From assembly GCA_963702475.1 (NCBI GenBank), contig CAVPCT010000004.1, positions 352,001-416,000 of the forward strand: a stretch of DNA of 64,000 nt, given 5' to 3'. Made by a program: the position numbers and the translations under genes. Every line of letters starts with the position of its first letter. Position 1 is the stretch's first letter. A model generated the notes under the pieces. It worked only from the letters and a program-made list of their open reading frames with translations. It was not told the DNA's origin and ran no database searches. Below, piece after piece: positions 29,399 through 40,544 of this stretch. The stretch is from an uncultured Thermoleophilia bacterium (GTDB lineage Bacteria; Actinomycetota; Thermoleophilia; UBA2241).

Positions 29399-31943
29399 TT
29401 ACTCGTACTGGATCGCCTCCAGGATCCGCGTGTTGGCGGCGCGGCGCGCCGGGAGCACCGCCGCGACCACTCCGACGACCACGGCGAGCACCAGGAACAC
29501 GCCGAGTTGCAGCCACGGCAGGCTGAAGACCAGGCCGTCGCCGCCCAGCTGGGTGACGATGACGTAGGCCATGGCGATGCCCACCGCCGTGCCCAGCACC
29601 CCGCCGATGACGGCGGTGATGACGCTCTCGTAGCGCACCATCTGCCGGAGCTGCCGGCGCGTGGCCCCGATGGCGCGCAGCATGCCGATCTCCCGCGTCC
29701 GCTCGTGCACGCTCAGCACCAGTGTGTTGACGATGCCGAAGATCGAGATGATCACGCTCATGGCGAGCAGGCCGTAGAACATGATGAGGATCTGGTCGAC
29801 CTGGCTTGTTGATGGCGTCGAGGTACTCGGTCTTGGTCTGGACCTTCTGCGTGGGGAACTCGGCGAGGGCCTTCTGGACCGCGGCCTGGGTCCCGTCGCT
29901 GCCGTCGGTGCGCACCAGCATCATGCCGGCGGCCGTCGGGACGTCCAGCTTCTCGAGCGTGTCGAGGCTGACCATCATGCCGGTGTAGGCCATCTGGTCG
30001 CGGTAGAACCCGAGCACCGTGAGCTTGGCCTTCTCGCCGCTCTGGCTGGTGACGGAGATCGTGTCGCCGGCCTCGACCTTGGCGGCGATCGGCGAGCCGT
30101 CCTCGAGGATCACGCTGTCTGCGTCGAGCTCGGCGAACAGGTCGTCGCTGCCGCCGCGTCGCCAGTCGTGGCCCCAGACCTGCGGCCACACGGCGGGATC
30201 CACGGCGTTGGCGGTGAGGATGCCGCCGCCCTTGACCTTGAGCGCCGCCCAGGCGACGCCGGCGGCGGACTCGACGCCGGGCACGTCCTCGAGGCCGCGC
30301 ACCGTCGTCTGGGGCACGGTGAGGAACGCGCTCTGGTCCTGCGCGACGAGGTCGGCGCGCGTGGACTTGCTGATGGCGCCGCCGAACGAGCCCTTCAGGG
30401 CCTGGGCGAACACGGCGACGAAGACGACCATGGCGAGGCCGATCATGAGCGCGGCGGCCGTGGCGGCCGTGCGGCTCGGGTTGCGGCCGGCGTTGTCGCG
30501 GGCCAGACGGCCGCTGGTGGGCGCGAGCTTCTCCATGGGCCAGCCGATGATGCGGCTCGCCGGCCGGACGACGAACTTGGCCAGCATGGCGATGGCGACG
30601 AAGAGCAGCAGGGCGCCGAGGCCCATGAAGAGCAGACGGCCGCTGGTCCCGCCGTCGCTGAAGATGCCGAAGGCGAGCGAGCCGGCGCCGAGGGCCGTGA
30701 AGGCCAGGGCGATGACGGTGCTGAACCTGGTGAAGCGCGTCGGCGGCAGCGCCGCGCCCTCCTGGAGGGCCGCCACCGGCGGCACGCGCGTGGCGCGCAG
30801 GGCCGGGGCCAGCGCCGAGAGGAGCGTGACGCCCACGCCGACGAGCACGGCGATGAGGATGGTACGCGGCTCGAGCGCGATGCCCGCCGTGGGGATGTCG
30901 GCGCCGAGGGCCTTGAAGAGCAGATTGATGCCCTTGGCGACGCCGAGGCCGGCGGCGATACCGATGGCCGAGGCCAGCACGCCGAGCGTGAGCGCCTCGG
31001 CGACCACGGAGACGAGCACCTGGCGGCGGCCGGCGCCGAGGGCGCGCAGCATCGCGAACTCGCGGCGTCGCTGGGCGACGGTGATGCTGAAGGCGTTGAA
31101 GATGATGAAGGCGCCGACGAAGACGGAGACGCCGGCGAACGCCAGGAGCACCGGCGTGAGGAACGAGCCGATCGCGTCGGCCGTCTCGGCGGTCGCGTCG
31201 GCGGCGGCCTGCTCCCCGGTCTTGACGCTGACGCCGGCCGGCATGACGGCCTTGACGTCCGCGGCGAGCTCCTTGGGCGTCACGCCGGGATCGGCGGACA
31301 CGGAGATGCCGCTGATCCTGCCGGGCTCGCCGCCCCAGCGCTGCACGTCCTGCAGGCGGCCGGCGACGACGATGGTGCCGCCGAGGGAACCGGACTCGCC
31401 CCACTCGAAGACGCCGGCGACCTTGACCTCTTCGAGGCCGGCCGGGCCGGCGACGGTGAAGGTGTCGCCGGGCCTCAGGCCGGCCTTGTCGGCGAAGCTC
31501 TTGATGATCGCGACCTCGTTGCGACCCTGGATCTCGCCGCCGGCGACGATGGTGGCCTGGTTGAAGGGCTCACCCGTGCTCGTCGTCAGGAGCGTGGGGG
31601 CGCCGCCGGTCTCGACGGGTTTGCCGTCGACGATCGCGGCGCCTGCTGTCTCGTAGACGCCGGCGGCCTTGTCCACGCCGGGGACCGCGAGCACCTGGGC
31701 GACGAGATCGTCACTCAGCGTCTGGGGCGCGTCGCCCTCCATGCTGGTGAACGACTGCTTCGGCTCGACCTGCACGGCCGTGCCCTTGAACGAGGTCTCG
31801 AAGATGTTGGCGAAGCCGTTGTCGATCTGGTCTGTCAGCACGTACGTGCCGGTGATCATCGCCACGCCCAGCAGGATCGCCAGGAGCGTGAGGACTGTCC
31901 GGAGCGGCCGGCTGGTCAGGCTGCGGAAGGCGAGGCGGGTCAT
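29399..31943 (-). CDS. FtsX-like ABC permease (frameshift near 29804)
   Basis: Two FtsX repeats 'IFNAFSITVAQRRREFAMLRALGA' and 'VNTLVLSVHERTREIGMLRAIG'; one extra C at AAG-C-CAG. Confidence 0.88.
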
Positions 31944-32821
31944 CGCTGGACCCCCGCTGCACTGCGCGCGGTCGGCACGTCGGCGACCGGGATCTCGAGG
32001 TTCTTGATGGTGTCGTAGATGTCGTCGCGGGTCATGCGGTCTTCGTCCAACTCGATGCCGCCGTCCTTGAGGAAGACGACGCGGTCGGCGATGCTGGCGG
32101 CGTTGGCGTCGTGCGTGACCATGATCACCGTCTGGCCGAACTCGTCGACGCTGCGGCGGAGCAGGTCGAGGACCTCGCCGCCGGTGCGGGAGTCGAGGTT
32201 GCCGGTGGGCTCGTCGGCGAACAGGACGGCCGGCCGCGTGATGAGCGCGCGGGCCACAGCGACGCGCTGCTGCTGGCCGCCGGAGAGCTCGGCCGGGCGG
32301 TGCGTCAGGCGGTCCTGCAGGCCGACGGCCTCGATGACCGTGCGTCGCCAGGTCTCGTCCGCCCTGCGGCGGGCCAGCGAGAGCGGCAGGACGATGTTCT
32401 CGTCGGCCGTCAGCGTGGCCAGCAGGTTGAAGCTCTGGAAGATGAAGCCGATCTTGTCGCGGCGGAGCTGCGTGAGCCGCTTCTCCTTGAGGCGCGTGAT
32501 CTCGGTCCCGTCGATCCAGACCTGGCCGCCGCTGGGCTGGTCGAGGCCGGCGAGGATGTGCATGAGGGTGCTCTTGCCGGAGCCGGACGGCCCCATGATG
32601 GCCGTGAGCCGGCCCCCGGTGATGTCGATGTCGACGCCGCACAGGGCGCGCACGGAGGCGTCGCCCTTGCCGTAGGTGCGTGTGAGGCCGCGCGCCCGGA
32701 CGACGGCGCGGCCCGCGGACGGCCGCTCGAAGGGCGATGCGCCGGCGAGCTCGCGCTCGAGCCGGTCGAGTGTCTCGCGCACGGCGGAGCGCTCGCGATC
32801 GGTGACGGTGACGGTACCCAT
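31940..32821 (-). CDS. ABC ATP-binding protein (LolD/MacB-like)
   Basis: 'GPSGSGKST', 'GFIFQSFNL', 'LSGGQQQRVAVARA', 'ADEPTGNLD'. Confidence 0.93.
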   Translation of the reverse strand: MGTVTVTDRERSAVRETLDRLERELAGASPFERPSAGRAVVRARGLTRTYGKGDASVRALCGVDIDITGGRLTAIMGPSGSGKSTLMHILAGLDQPSGGQVWIDGTEITRLKEKRLTQLRRDKIGFIFQSFNLLATLTADENIVLPLSLARRRADETWRRTVIEAVGLQDRLTHRPAELSGGQQQRVAVARALITRPAVLFADEPTGNLDSRTGGEVLDLLRRSVDEFGQTVIMVTHDANAASIADRVVFLKDGGIELDEDRMTRDDIYDTIKNLEIPVADVPTARSAAGVQR

Positions 32822-33145
32822 TGTCTCTCCTCCTGTGTGACTCGCTTGGTGAGGAGAGGCTACGGCCCGGTCCGCGAACGCGAATCGCCCGGCGGTGGTG
32901 AATGGGCCGGGTCTCCGGGAGGGATATCCGGCCCGTCCCGCGGCCCCGCCGGAGGTGCCTGCGGTACCCCCGGCGGGAGAGCGCGGCGCTGCTGGGGTAC
33001 GGCACAGCGTCGGTCGCCGGACGCCCCCCTGGCGGTCAGTCTCGCCGGTCCGCCCGGGGCGTACCTCGCCCGGGGTAGGGGTGTCGCGAGCCGGGGCGAC
33101 GGCGTGGCGGCGCCGCGCCGGCGGGACGGGCGGGGGGCGCGACGA

Positions 33146-33182
33146 CGCAGGGCCCGGAAGCGAAGCACTCCCGGGCCCTGCG
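33146..33182 (-). terminator. Hairpin downstream of the formate dehydrogenase gene
   Basis: CGCAGGGCCCGG...CCGGGCCCTGCG inverted repeat. Confidence 0.55.
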
Positions 33183-33238
33183 GACCTCGCGTGTTGCGGC
33201 GGCGAGGCGGCTTCGCCGTCGCCACTGAGGTGGCCGGC

Positions 33239-36200
33239 TTACTTCGCGGCCGCCCCGTGCGCCGCGCCGGCCGCCACCTCGGCGGCCTCGCCCGGCGCGA
33301 GCTTCTCCATCTTGACGGCGCAGACCTTGAACTCCGCCGTCTTGGTGACCGGGTCGCCGGCCGAGTTGGTGAGCTCGTTCACCGGCGACTCCTTGTAGTG
33401 GAACGTCATGAACATGACGCCCGGGGCCACGCGGTCGGTGACCTGGATGTGCGTGGTGATGGAGCCGCGGCGCGAGCTGACGCGGATGACCTCGCCGTCT
33501 TCGAAGCCGTACCGCTCCGCGTCCACCGGGCTCACCATGGCCAGCTCGTGCGGGCGCAGCATCTCGAGGCTCTCGGAGATGCGGGTGGAGATGTTGTAGT
33601 GGAACAGCATGCGTCCCGTCGTGAGCAGCGTCGGGTACTCGTCGTCGACGATCTCCGCCGGCGGCTGGAACGGGATGCCCTGGAGCAGGCCCTTGCCGCG
33701 CGTGAACTTGCCCACGTGCAGGTAGGGCGTACCGGGGTGGTCCGGCGTGGGGCACGGCCACTGCACGCCGCCCTCGTTCTCGATGCGCTCCCAGGTGATG
33801 CCGGCGAACGTCGGGACCAGCCTGCTGACCTCCTGGAAGACCTCCTCCGGCGAGCTGAACGGCATCGGGTAGCCGAGGCGTTCGGCGAGGTCGAGGATGA
33901 TCTCCCAGTCGGGGCGGCACTCGTCCGGCGGCTCCACGGCCTTGCGCACGCGCTGCACGCGGCGCTCGGTGTTGGTGAAGGTGCCGTCCTTCTCGGCGTA
34001 CAGCGCGGCCGGCAAAAAGACGTCGGCGTACTTCGCCGTCTCGGTCATGAAGATGTTCTGCGCGACGAGGAAGTCCAGGCTCTGCATCGCCTTGCGCACG
34101 TGGTTGGCGTCGGCGTCGGTGAGGGCCGGGTCCTCGCCCATGATGAACATGGCCTTGAGCTTGCCCTCCACGGCGGCGTCGAGCATCTCGGGGATGCGCA
34201 GCCCGACCTTGTCCGGCATGGTCGCCCCGTAGGCCTCGCTGAACTTGGCCTTGGCGGCCTCATCGAGCACGCTCGGGTAACCGGGGAAGGAGTTGGGCAG
34301 GGCGCCCATGTCGCAGGAGCCCTGCACGTTGTTCTGGCCGCGCATGGGGTTCACGCCGGCGTTGGGCTTGCCGATGTGCCCCGTGATCATGCCGAGGTTG
34401 GCCAGGTTCATCACGTTGGCCGTGCCCACCGTGTGCTCGGTGATGCCCAGCGTGTAGAAGATACCGGCCTTCTCGGTCGTGGCGTACAGCTCGGCGGCCG
34501 CGACGATCTGCTCGGCCGGGATGCCGGTGATCTCCGAGGCGCGCTCGGCCGGGTAGTCCTTGACCGTCTCCCACAGGTCGTCCCAGCCCTCGCAACGCTC
34601 CTCGATGTACGCCTTATCGTGCCAGTCGTTGGTGATGATGGTGTGCAGCACGCCGTTGATGAACGCGTTGTCCGTACCGGGCCTGATCTGCAGCCACATG
34701 TACGAGTGGTCCGCGAGCTCAGTGCGACGCGGGTCGATGACGATGAGCTTGGCGCCGCGCGCGGCGGCCTGCTTCATCTTGTTGCCGATGATCGGGTGCG
34801 CCTCGGTGGCGTTGGACCCGATGATGAACAGGACGTCGTTACCGACGATCTCCCCGATGGAGTTCGTCATGGCGCCTGAACCGAGCGTGGCGGCCAGACC
34901 GGCCACCGTTGGAGCGTGTCAGGTACGTGCGCAGTGGTCTATGGAGTTCGTGTTGAGACCCGCCCTCGTGAGGCGCTGCAAGAGGTAGTTCTCCTCGTTG
35001 GTGCAGCGCGCCGAGCTCAGGACGCCTATGGCGTCTCCGCCGTCCTCCTCCTTGATGCGCAGCAGGCGCTCGGCGACGTAGTCCAGCGCCTCGTCCCAGG
35101 TGGCCTGCTCCCAGATGCCGTCGCGCTTGACGAGCGGGTGCGTGATGCGCTGGGGGCTGTCGATGAGGTCGGTGTGGAAGCGGCCCTTGACGCACAGTGA
35201 GCCCTGGTTCACCGGGGCGTCGTAGGCGGCCGTGACGCCCACCACCTTGCCGCCGGCCACGTTGAGGTCGAAGTTGCAGCCCACGCCGCAGAAGGGGCAG
35301 GTGGTGCGCACCTTGTGGCGGTCCCACGACTTGGAGCGCGTGAGCTGCCGGTTGGTGAGTGCACCGGTGGGGCACATGTCGACGCACTGGCCGCAGAAGC
35401 GGCAGAACGACGTGTCGAGCTCGTGGTCGAACGACGGCGCGACCTTGGCATCGAAGCCGCGCTGCGTGAAGTTGATGGCCTCGGTGACCTGGACCTCGCG
35501 GCACACGCCGACGCACTTGCCGCAGAGGATGCAGCGCTTGGGGTCGTAGGCGATGAGCGGCTGGGTCTCGTAGGCGTCGTAGTCGCGGGCCTCCGCGCCC
35601 TGGAACGGGTTCTGGAAGACCTCGTAGTCGATCCCGAGGCACTGCAGCTCGCAGTCGCCGTGCGCCTCGCAGGTGCACTGCAGGCACAGCTGGGCGCCAC
35701 GCACGGCTTCGTCCTCGGGGAACCCGAGCTCGATCTGCTCGAAGTTGGTCTTGCGGTCTTCAGGCCAGAGCTTGGGCATGTGCGCCGGCGGGCTCATCTC
35801 GAGGATGCCGGTGTTGATGTCGATGAACACCGGCGGGATCTCGGCGAGCCGGCGGATGCGCGGCTCGATGTCGCCCTTCGCGTCGAGCGCCGCGAGAAAC
35901 GGCGTGCGACGCAGGTCGTGGAGTTGCTGGGAGACGGCCTTCATGTCGTCGCCGCGCAGGTGGGCGTCCATGCTCCAGGCCGCCTTCTTGCCCTGGGCGA
36001 TGGCCTGGATGACGGTCTGCGCGCCGAGCACGCAGTCGCCGCCGGCGAACACCTGCGGGTCGTCGGTCTGCAGCGTCCAGTCGTCGACCTGGACCGTCCG
36101 CCAGCGCGTGTGGGCGATGCCCTGGGCCTCGCCGGCGCCGTCGAGCAGCGGGTACTGGCCGATGGCGCTGATGATCTGGTCGCACTCCACCACGAACTCG

Positions 36201-37504
36201 GAGTCCTCGAGCGGCACTGGGCGCCGGCGGCCGGAGGCGTCGGGCTCACCGAGCTCCATGCGGATCATCTCGATGCCGTGCACCTTGCCGGCGTCGTCGG
36301 TGAGCACGCGGACCGGCGCCACCTGCAGGACCAGGCGCACGCCCTCCTCCTCGGCCTCGTCGACCTCGGTGTGGTGGGCGGGCATCTCCTTGCGGGAGCG
36401 CCGGTAGAGGCAGGTGACCTCTTCGGCGCCGAGGCGCACGGCGGTGCGGCAGGCGTCCATGGCGGTGAAGCCGCCGCCGATGACGGTGACCTTCTTGCCG
36501 GTGGGCACGGCGCCCTCACGCTCGTAGTCGCCGAGGTAGTCGACGGCGGCGACGCTGCCGGGCGCGTCTTCACCCGGGATGTTCATGAGGTTGGAGTTGA
36601 AAGCGCCCAGGGCGAGGAAGACCGTGTCGTACTCGGCCTTGAGATCATCGAGCTGGAAGTCGACGCCGAGGCGCACGCCCGTCTGGATCTCGACGCCCAT
36701 GCGCCAGAGGATGTTGATCTCGTCCTCGAGGATGGCGCGCGGCAGGCGGTAGGACGGGATGCCGTAGCGAAGCATGCCTCCCGGCTTGGGCTGCGCCTCG
36801 AAGATCTTGACGGCGTGTCCCTCGAGCCGGGCGTAGAAGGCGGCGGCGAGGCCGGCGGGCCCGCCGCCCACGATGGCGATCTTCTTGCCGGTCTCGGGCT
36901 TGGGCTCGGCGGGCAGCAGCAGCTCGCCCTTCAGCTCGTCCGGCCGCGTCTGGTCGGCCATGAAGCGGTGCAGCTGGCAGATGGTGATGGGGTCGTCGAC
37001 GAGTTGGCGGCGGCACGGGCCCTCACAGGGCCGCGGGCAGACGCGGCCCAGGATGCCGGGGAACGGCAGGTCTTGGCGCAGCACGCGCATGCCGCCTGCG
37101 TAGTCGCGCTCGGCGATGCGCTCGAGGAAGCCCGGGATCTTGATGTGCGTTGGGCAGCCGTCGCGGCACGGCGGCGTGCAGTACGACATGTGATCGCTGA
37201 AGATCAGCTCCAGGTTGAGCTGGCGGATCGCGCGCAGCTCGGGGGACTGCGTTGTGACCACCATGCCGTTCGCGGCGGGCGTGTCGCACGCGGTCACGGG
37301 GTCTTTGCGGCCTTGTACCTCGACGATGCACAGGCGGCAGGCGGACGCCACGTGCAAGGTGTCGTGGTAGCAGAGGGTGGGGACGGTGACTCCCACCTCC
37401 CTGGCGGCCGCGAGGATGCTGGAGCCCTCGGGGACGGTGACGGGATGCCCGTCCACCGTCAGCGCGACTGTCTGGGTCGCGGCTGAGGCTGCCGACTCGG
37501 TCAC
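33239..37504 (-). CDS. fdhF: Selenocysteine-containing formate dehydrogenase alpha subunit fused to [2Fe-2S], GltD-like FAD/NADPH and 2[4Fe-4S] domains (~1421 aa)
   Basis: ORFs 34919..37792 and 33239..34906 are in frame across one TGA, giving [28 protein letters not shown]; 'RGQNNVQG', 'TTCPFCGVGC', 'EKDGTFTNTERRVQ'; GltD 'GRVCPRPCE', 'GGGPAG', 'GGGFTAMD', 'YRRS'. Confidence 0.92.
34889..34921 (-). promoter_or_regulatory. Sec codon (UGA 34921-34919) and bacterial SECIS element
   Basis: UGA, 11 nt, then stem-loop GGUGGCC-GGUCU-GGCCGCC; spacing and GGUCU segment match the E. coli fdhF SECIS. Confidence 0.9.
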
Positions 37505-37916
37505 AGCAACTCCATTCGCTCGCTCGGCTACTGCACAATCGGGCCGCGCATACGCGACCCGCGCTCCCACGGGAGGGCCGCCGCACGGCGTGGCGCCGGC
37601 GAAGGCCATGTCCACAGACGGACACTTCCCGGGCCGGTCAGGCGCCCGAGAAGTTACTGTAAGTGTACACCGGCACAAGCGGGCATGAAATGGGGGCGAT
37701 CGGCGGCGGAGCGGCCAATCCTGCGGACCACGGAGCCGCCGGACGCGCGCTGCCATCGACGACAACCTGCAGGCGCTGTTCGACAAGCACACCGGCGCCG
37801 AGGCGTTCGCGCGAGCCGCCGGCGACGGGTGACCGGGGCGTCGGGAGCCGGGCCGCGGTCCGGCGGTCTCCCGGCTGGTCTCTGACCCGGTGGCGCGGCC
37901 GTCGGCCGCGCCGGCC

Positions 37917-38594
37917 TCAGGCCCCTCCGCCCTCGGCGCGCCGTTTGATGCCGCGCAACATGCCGCGTTCCATGACCAGGTGTGCGGGGCTCAGGAGCAG
38001 GCCGCGTGCCAGGCGAGCCGTCGTGGTGTCGGCCCAGGCGGCGCGCGTTCGCGTCAGGAGTCGCGTGCGACCTGGACCGGCAGGTTCCAGAACGAACGAC
38101 CAGGTGATCTCGATCTCGCCCTTGAAGAAGTTGCCCGACTCTTGCGGCGGCTCGCCGGGCGCGCCGCTGCGCAGCACGAAGGCGCGCCCGGGGTGGACCA
38201 TCGCGAACGTCATCTTCATGACGCCGTCCGGGTCGAGCGCGATGCAGTCGACATCCTGCTGTGGGTCCTGCCACTCTGAACGGATCTCGTCGGTGCTGTG
38301 GATGTCGAGGCGGAACACGTTCTCGAGCCAGTCGTAGGTGTAGAAGCCGCCGCGATCCTGGCCGAGCTGTACCAGCCACGGCCAGACGGCGGCGGCCGGC
38401 GCGTCCACGGTGATCGCCCGCGTCGTGACGTACAGCGGATTGGCGACGAGGTCGTCGCCCGGCAGCGGCCGGACGACCTCGTCCCAGGTGGCGCCCCGCG
38501 CCATGAGGCGCGGGCGCGCCTCGGACCAGGCCGCGGCGGCGACGCCGGCGCCCGCCGCCGCGGCGAACAGCGCGGCTCGTGTGCGTGCTCTCAT
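37917..38594 (-). CDS. SRPBCC-family protein
   Basis: '[15 protein letters not shown]...[35 protein letters not shown]'. Confidence 0.8.
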   Translation of the reverse strand: MRARTRAALFAAAAGAGVAAAAWSEARPRLMARGATWDEVVRPLPGDDLVANPLYVTTRAITVDAPAAAVWPWLVQLGQDRGGFYTYDWLENVFRLDIHSTDEIRSEWQDPQQDVDCIALDPDGVMKMTFAMVHPGRAFVLRSGAPGEPPQESGNFFKGEIEITWSFVLEPAGPGRTRLLTRTRAAWADTTTARLARGLLLSPAHLVMERGMLRGIKRRAEGGGA

Positions 38595-39244
38595 GCTCCA
38601 GTCTCCTCCCGGCCGGGGTGCGCCGGCCCGTCAGGCTCGCTTGTCCGCGGCGCCGCGCCGTTCTTCGCCTCCGCCGGCGCGATCTCCGCGGCCACCGCCT
38701 CGGCCACCACGGCGGCGCCGTCGTCGGTGAAGTGCACACCATCGACCGTGAACGGGCCGCGACCGGCGGCGGCCGCGGCGGCGAACGCCGGTCGCAGATT
38801 CAAGATGCGCGCGTGCGAATCCGTGCGCGCGCGCCGCTCCATCGCATCCCCCAGCTCGTCGGCGTGAGTCTCCCAGAGAGAGCCTTCCGCCTCCAGCACG
38901 ACGGGTCGCACGCACAGGGTGCGCGGCGCCCGCTCCGCCGCCCAGACGAGCAGCTCGCCGTAGTCGTCGACGGCGCGTTCGACGCGGGCCTGCCAGCTCC
39001 AGGCGCCTTTCGTGGCGACGTCCATCGCGGCGGCAACGGCGTCGTTCGCGCCGATCCACAGGACCACGAGGTCGACCGGCCCGGGGTCCTGATACGGCAG
39101 ACGGCGCAGCAGATCGACCACGCAGTCGCCGGCGCGACCGAGGTTGATCAGCTCGTGACGCGGAAAGCGCTCCACCAGCAGCGGGAAGAAAGCGGCGCCG
39201 GGCCACCCCTCCGTCAGGCTGTCTCCGAGGAACGCGATCTTCAT
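38591..39244 (-). CDS. SGNH/GDSL hydrolase
   Basis: 'FLGDSLTEG', 'NLG', 'IGAND', 'DGVH'. Confidence 0.9.
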   Translation of the reverse strand: MKIAFLGDSLTEGWPGAAFFPLLVERFPRHELINLGRAGDCVVDLLRRLPYQDPGPVDLVVLWIGANDAVAAAMDVATKGAWSWQARVERAVDDYGELLVWAAERAPRTLCVRPVVLEAEGSLWETHADELGDAMERRARTDSHARILNLRPAFAAAAAAGRGPFTVDGVHFTDDGAAVVAEAVAAEIAPAEAKNGAAPRTSEPDGPAHPGREETGA

Positions 39245-39319
39245 GGCCGGAGTCTACGCCGGGCGGCGTGCCTCGGTGTAGGCTGTGTCGCGGCTCGGCG
39301 GCGTACGCGGGATGGTGAG

Positions 39320-39778
39320 GTGAGCGAGCTCTATCGGCATACGCAGATCGGCTGGACGATCATCGTGATCGTGGGCGCGGCTGTGGTGGTCGAGGTGGTC
39401 GTGGCCGCGGTGCTGGCCTCCCAGAACACCGTGGCGCTCGCGCTCTCCGGCGCCGTGGCCGCCGTGCTCGCCGTGTTTCTGGCCATCTTCTCCACCCTCA
39501 CCGTCACCGTGGACGACGCGGCGGTGCGCCTCTCCTTCGGTCTCGACGTTCTGCGCAGGGAGGTCCTGCTGGACGAGGTCGCCGCGGTGCGCAGGGTGCG
39601 CAACTCGTGGGTGGCCGGCTGGGGGGTGAGAGTCATTCCGCACGGGCGGCTCTACAACGTCGGCGGCTTCGACGCCGTGGAGCTGGAGCTCGACAGCGGC
39701 CGGGTGGTGCGCGTGGGCACCGACGAACCGGATGCGCTTCTGGCGGCGGTGCGGCGGGCGCTGAGGGCCGGAGGGTGA
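39320..39778 (+). CDS. Hypothetical membrane protein
   Basis: Two TM helices then 'GWGVR...LYNVGG...VRVGTDEP'. Confidence 0.72.
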   Translation: MSELYRHTQIGWTIIVIVGAAVVVEVVVAAVLASQNTVALALSGAVAAVLAVFLAIFSTLTVTVDDAAVRLSFGLDVLRREVLLDEVAAVRRVRNSWVAGWGVRVIPHGRLYNVGGFDAVELELDSGRVVRVGTDEPDALLAAVRRALRAGG

Positions 39779-40497
39779 CGTCACGGTCGCCGGGCGCCGG
39801 CGGCCGGTCCGCGACCGGCGCTGACCGGCCGCCCGAAGGTGGCGCACGCGCGGCCGAGGACGGCGGGCCGGCGCCGGGACGCGGCCCCGACCCACCGCAC
39901 GCTCCCGGACGGGTGAGCGTGGTGCCTGACCCAGGTCCGCTCGAGGTCGCCCTGACGCGCGCGCTGCTGCACGGCATCATGAGCGGCGCGTACAGGGAGT
40001 GGGTGGCCGACCTGGGGCTGCACGGCGACGAGCGGGTGCTGGATCTGGGCAGCGGCAGCGGCGCGGCCGCACGGCATCTGGTGCGGGCGCTGGGGCCGCG
40101 CGGCGGGCACCTCACCTGCGTCGACATCTCCCCGGGGTGGCAGGCGGCGCTGCGCAAGAGCCTCGCGGGGTACGACGTCACCTACGCGCTCGGCGACATC
40201 CGCGGGCTGGGACTGTCGGGCGCGTCGTTCGACCTGGTGGTGGTGCACTGGATGCTGCACGACGTTCCGGCCGGCGAGCGGGGTGCGATCCTCGCCGAGC
40301 TCGCGCGAGTGCTGCGACCGGGCGGTCGCCTTGCGACCCGCGAGCCCACCCGCCCGGGCGAGGGCATCGCGCCGGCCGAGCTGTGTGATCAACTGCGGGC
40401 CGCCGGCTTGCGGGAGCTGCGCGGCGCCGCGGGTTCGGCGCTCCTGATGGGCCCGTACTACTCGGGCCTGTGGGAGAAGCGCAGCGTACCTGCGTAG
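39775..40497 (+). CDS. Class I SAM-dependent methyltransferase (start 39775 or 39913)
   Basis: 'VLDLGSGSG', 'VDISP', 'SFDLVV', 'RVLRPGG'. Confidence 0.85.
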   Translation: MTSRSPGAGGRSATGADRPPEGGARAAEDGGPAPGRGPDPPHAPGRVSVVPDPGPLEVALTRALLHGIMSGAYREWVADLGLHGDERVLDLGSGSGAAARHLVRALGPRGGHLTCVDISPGWQAALRKSLAGYDVTYALGDIRGLGLSGASFDLVVVHWMLHDVPAGERGAILAELARVLRPGGRLATREPTRPGEGIAPAELCDQLRAAGLRELRGAAGSALLMGPYYSGLWEKRSVPA

Positions 40498-40544
40498 CGC
40501 TCCGGCGTGCGCCTGGCCGCCGGACGCGACACCCCCGCGGTCGC

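Noticed and set aside
34916-34921. Treating the TGA as a true stop or the FDH as two genes or a pseudogene
   Set aside because: The codon is at the catalytic Cys/Sec position, in frame, and followed by a canonical SECIS
29781-37486. Very long antisense or alternate-frame ORFs (e.g. 29781..32018, 32111..34879, 35315..37486)
   Set aside because: Shadow ORFs expected in high-GC DNA opposite well-supported genes
37745-37832. Coding-like fragment AIDDNLQALFDKHTGAEAFARAAGDG* on the + strand
   Set aside because: No start or RBS and too short to assign; at most a gene remnant
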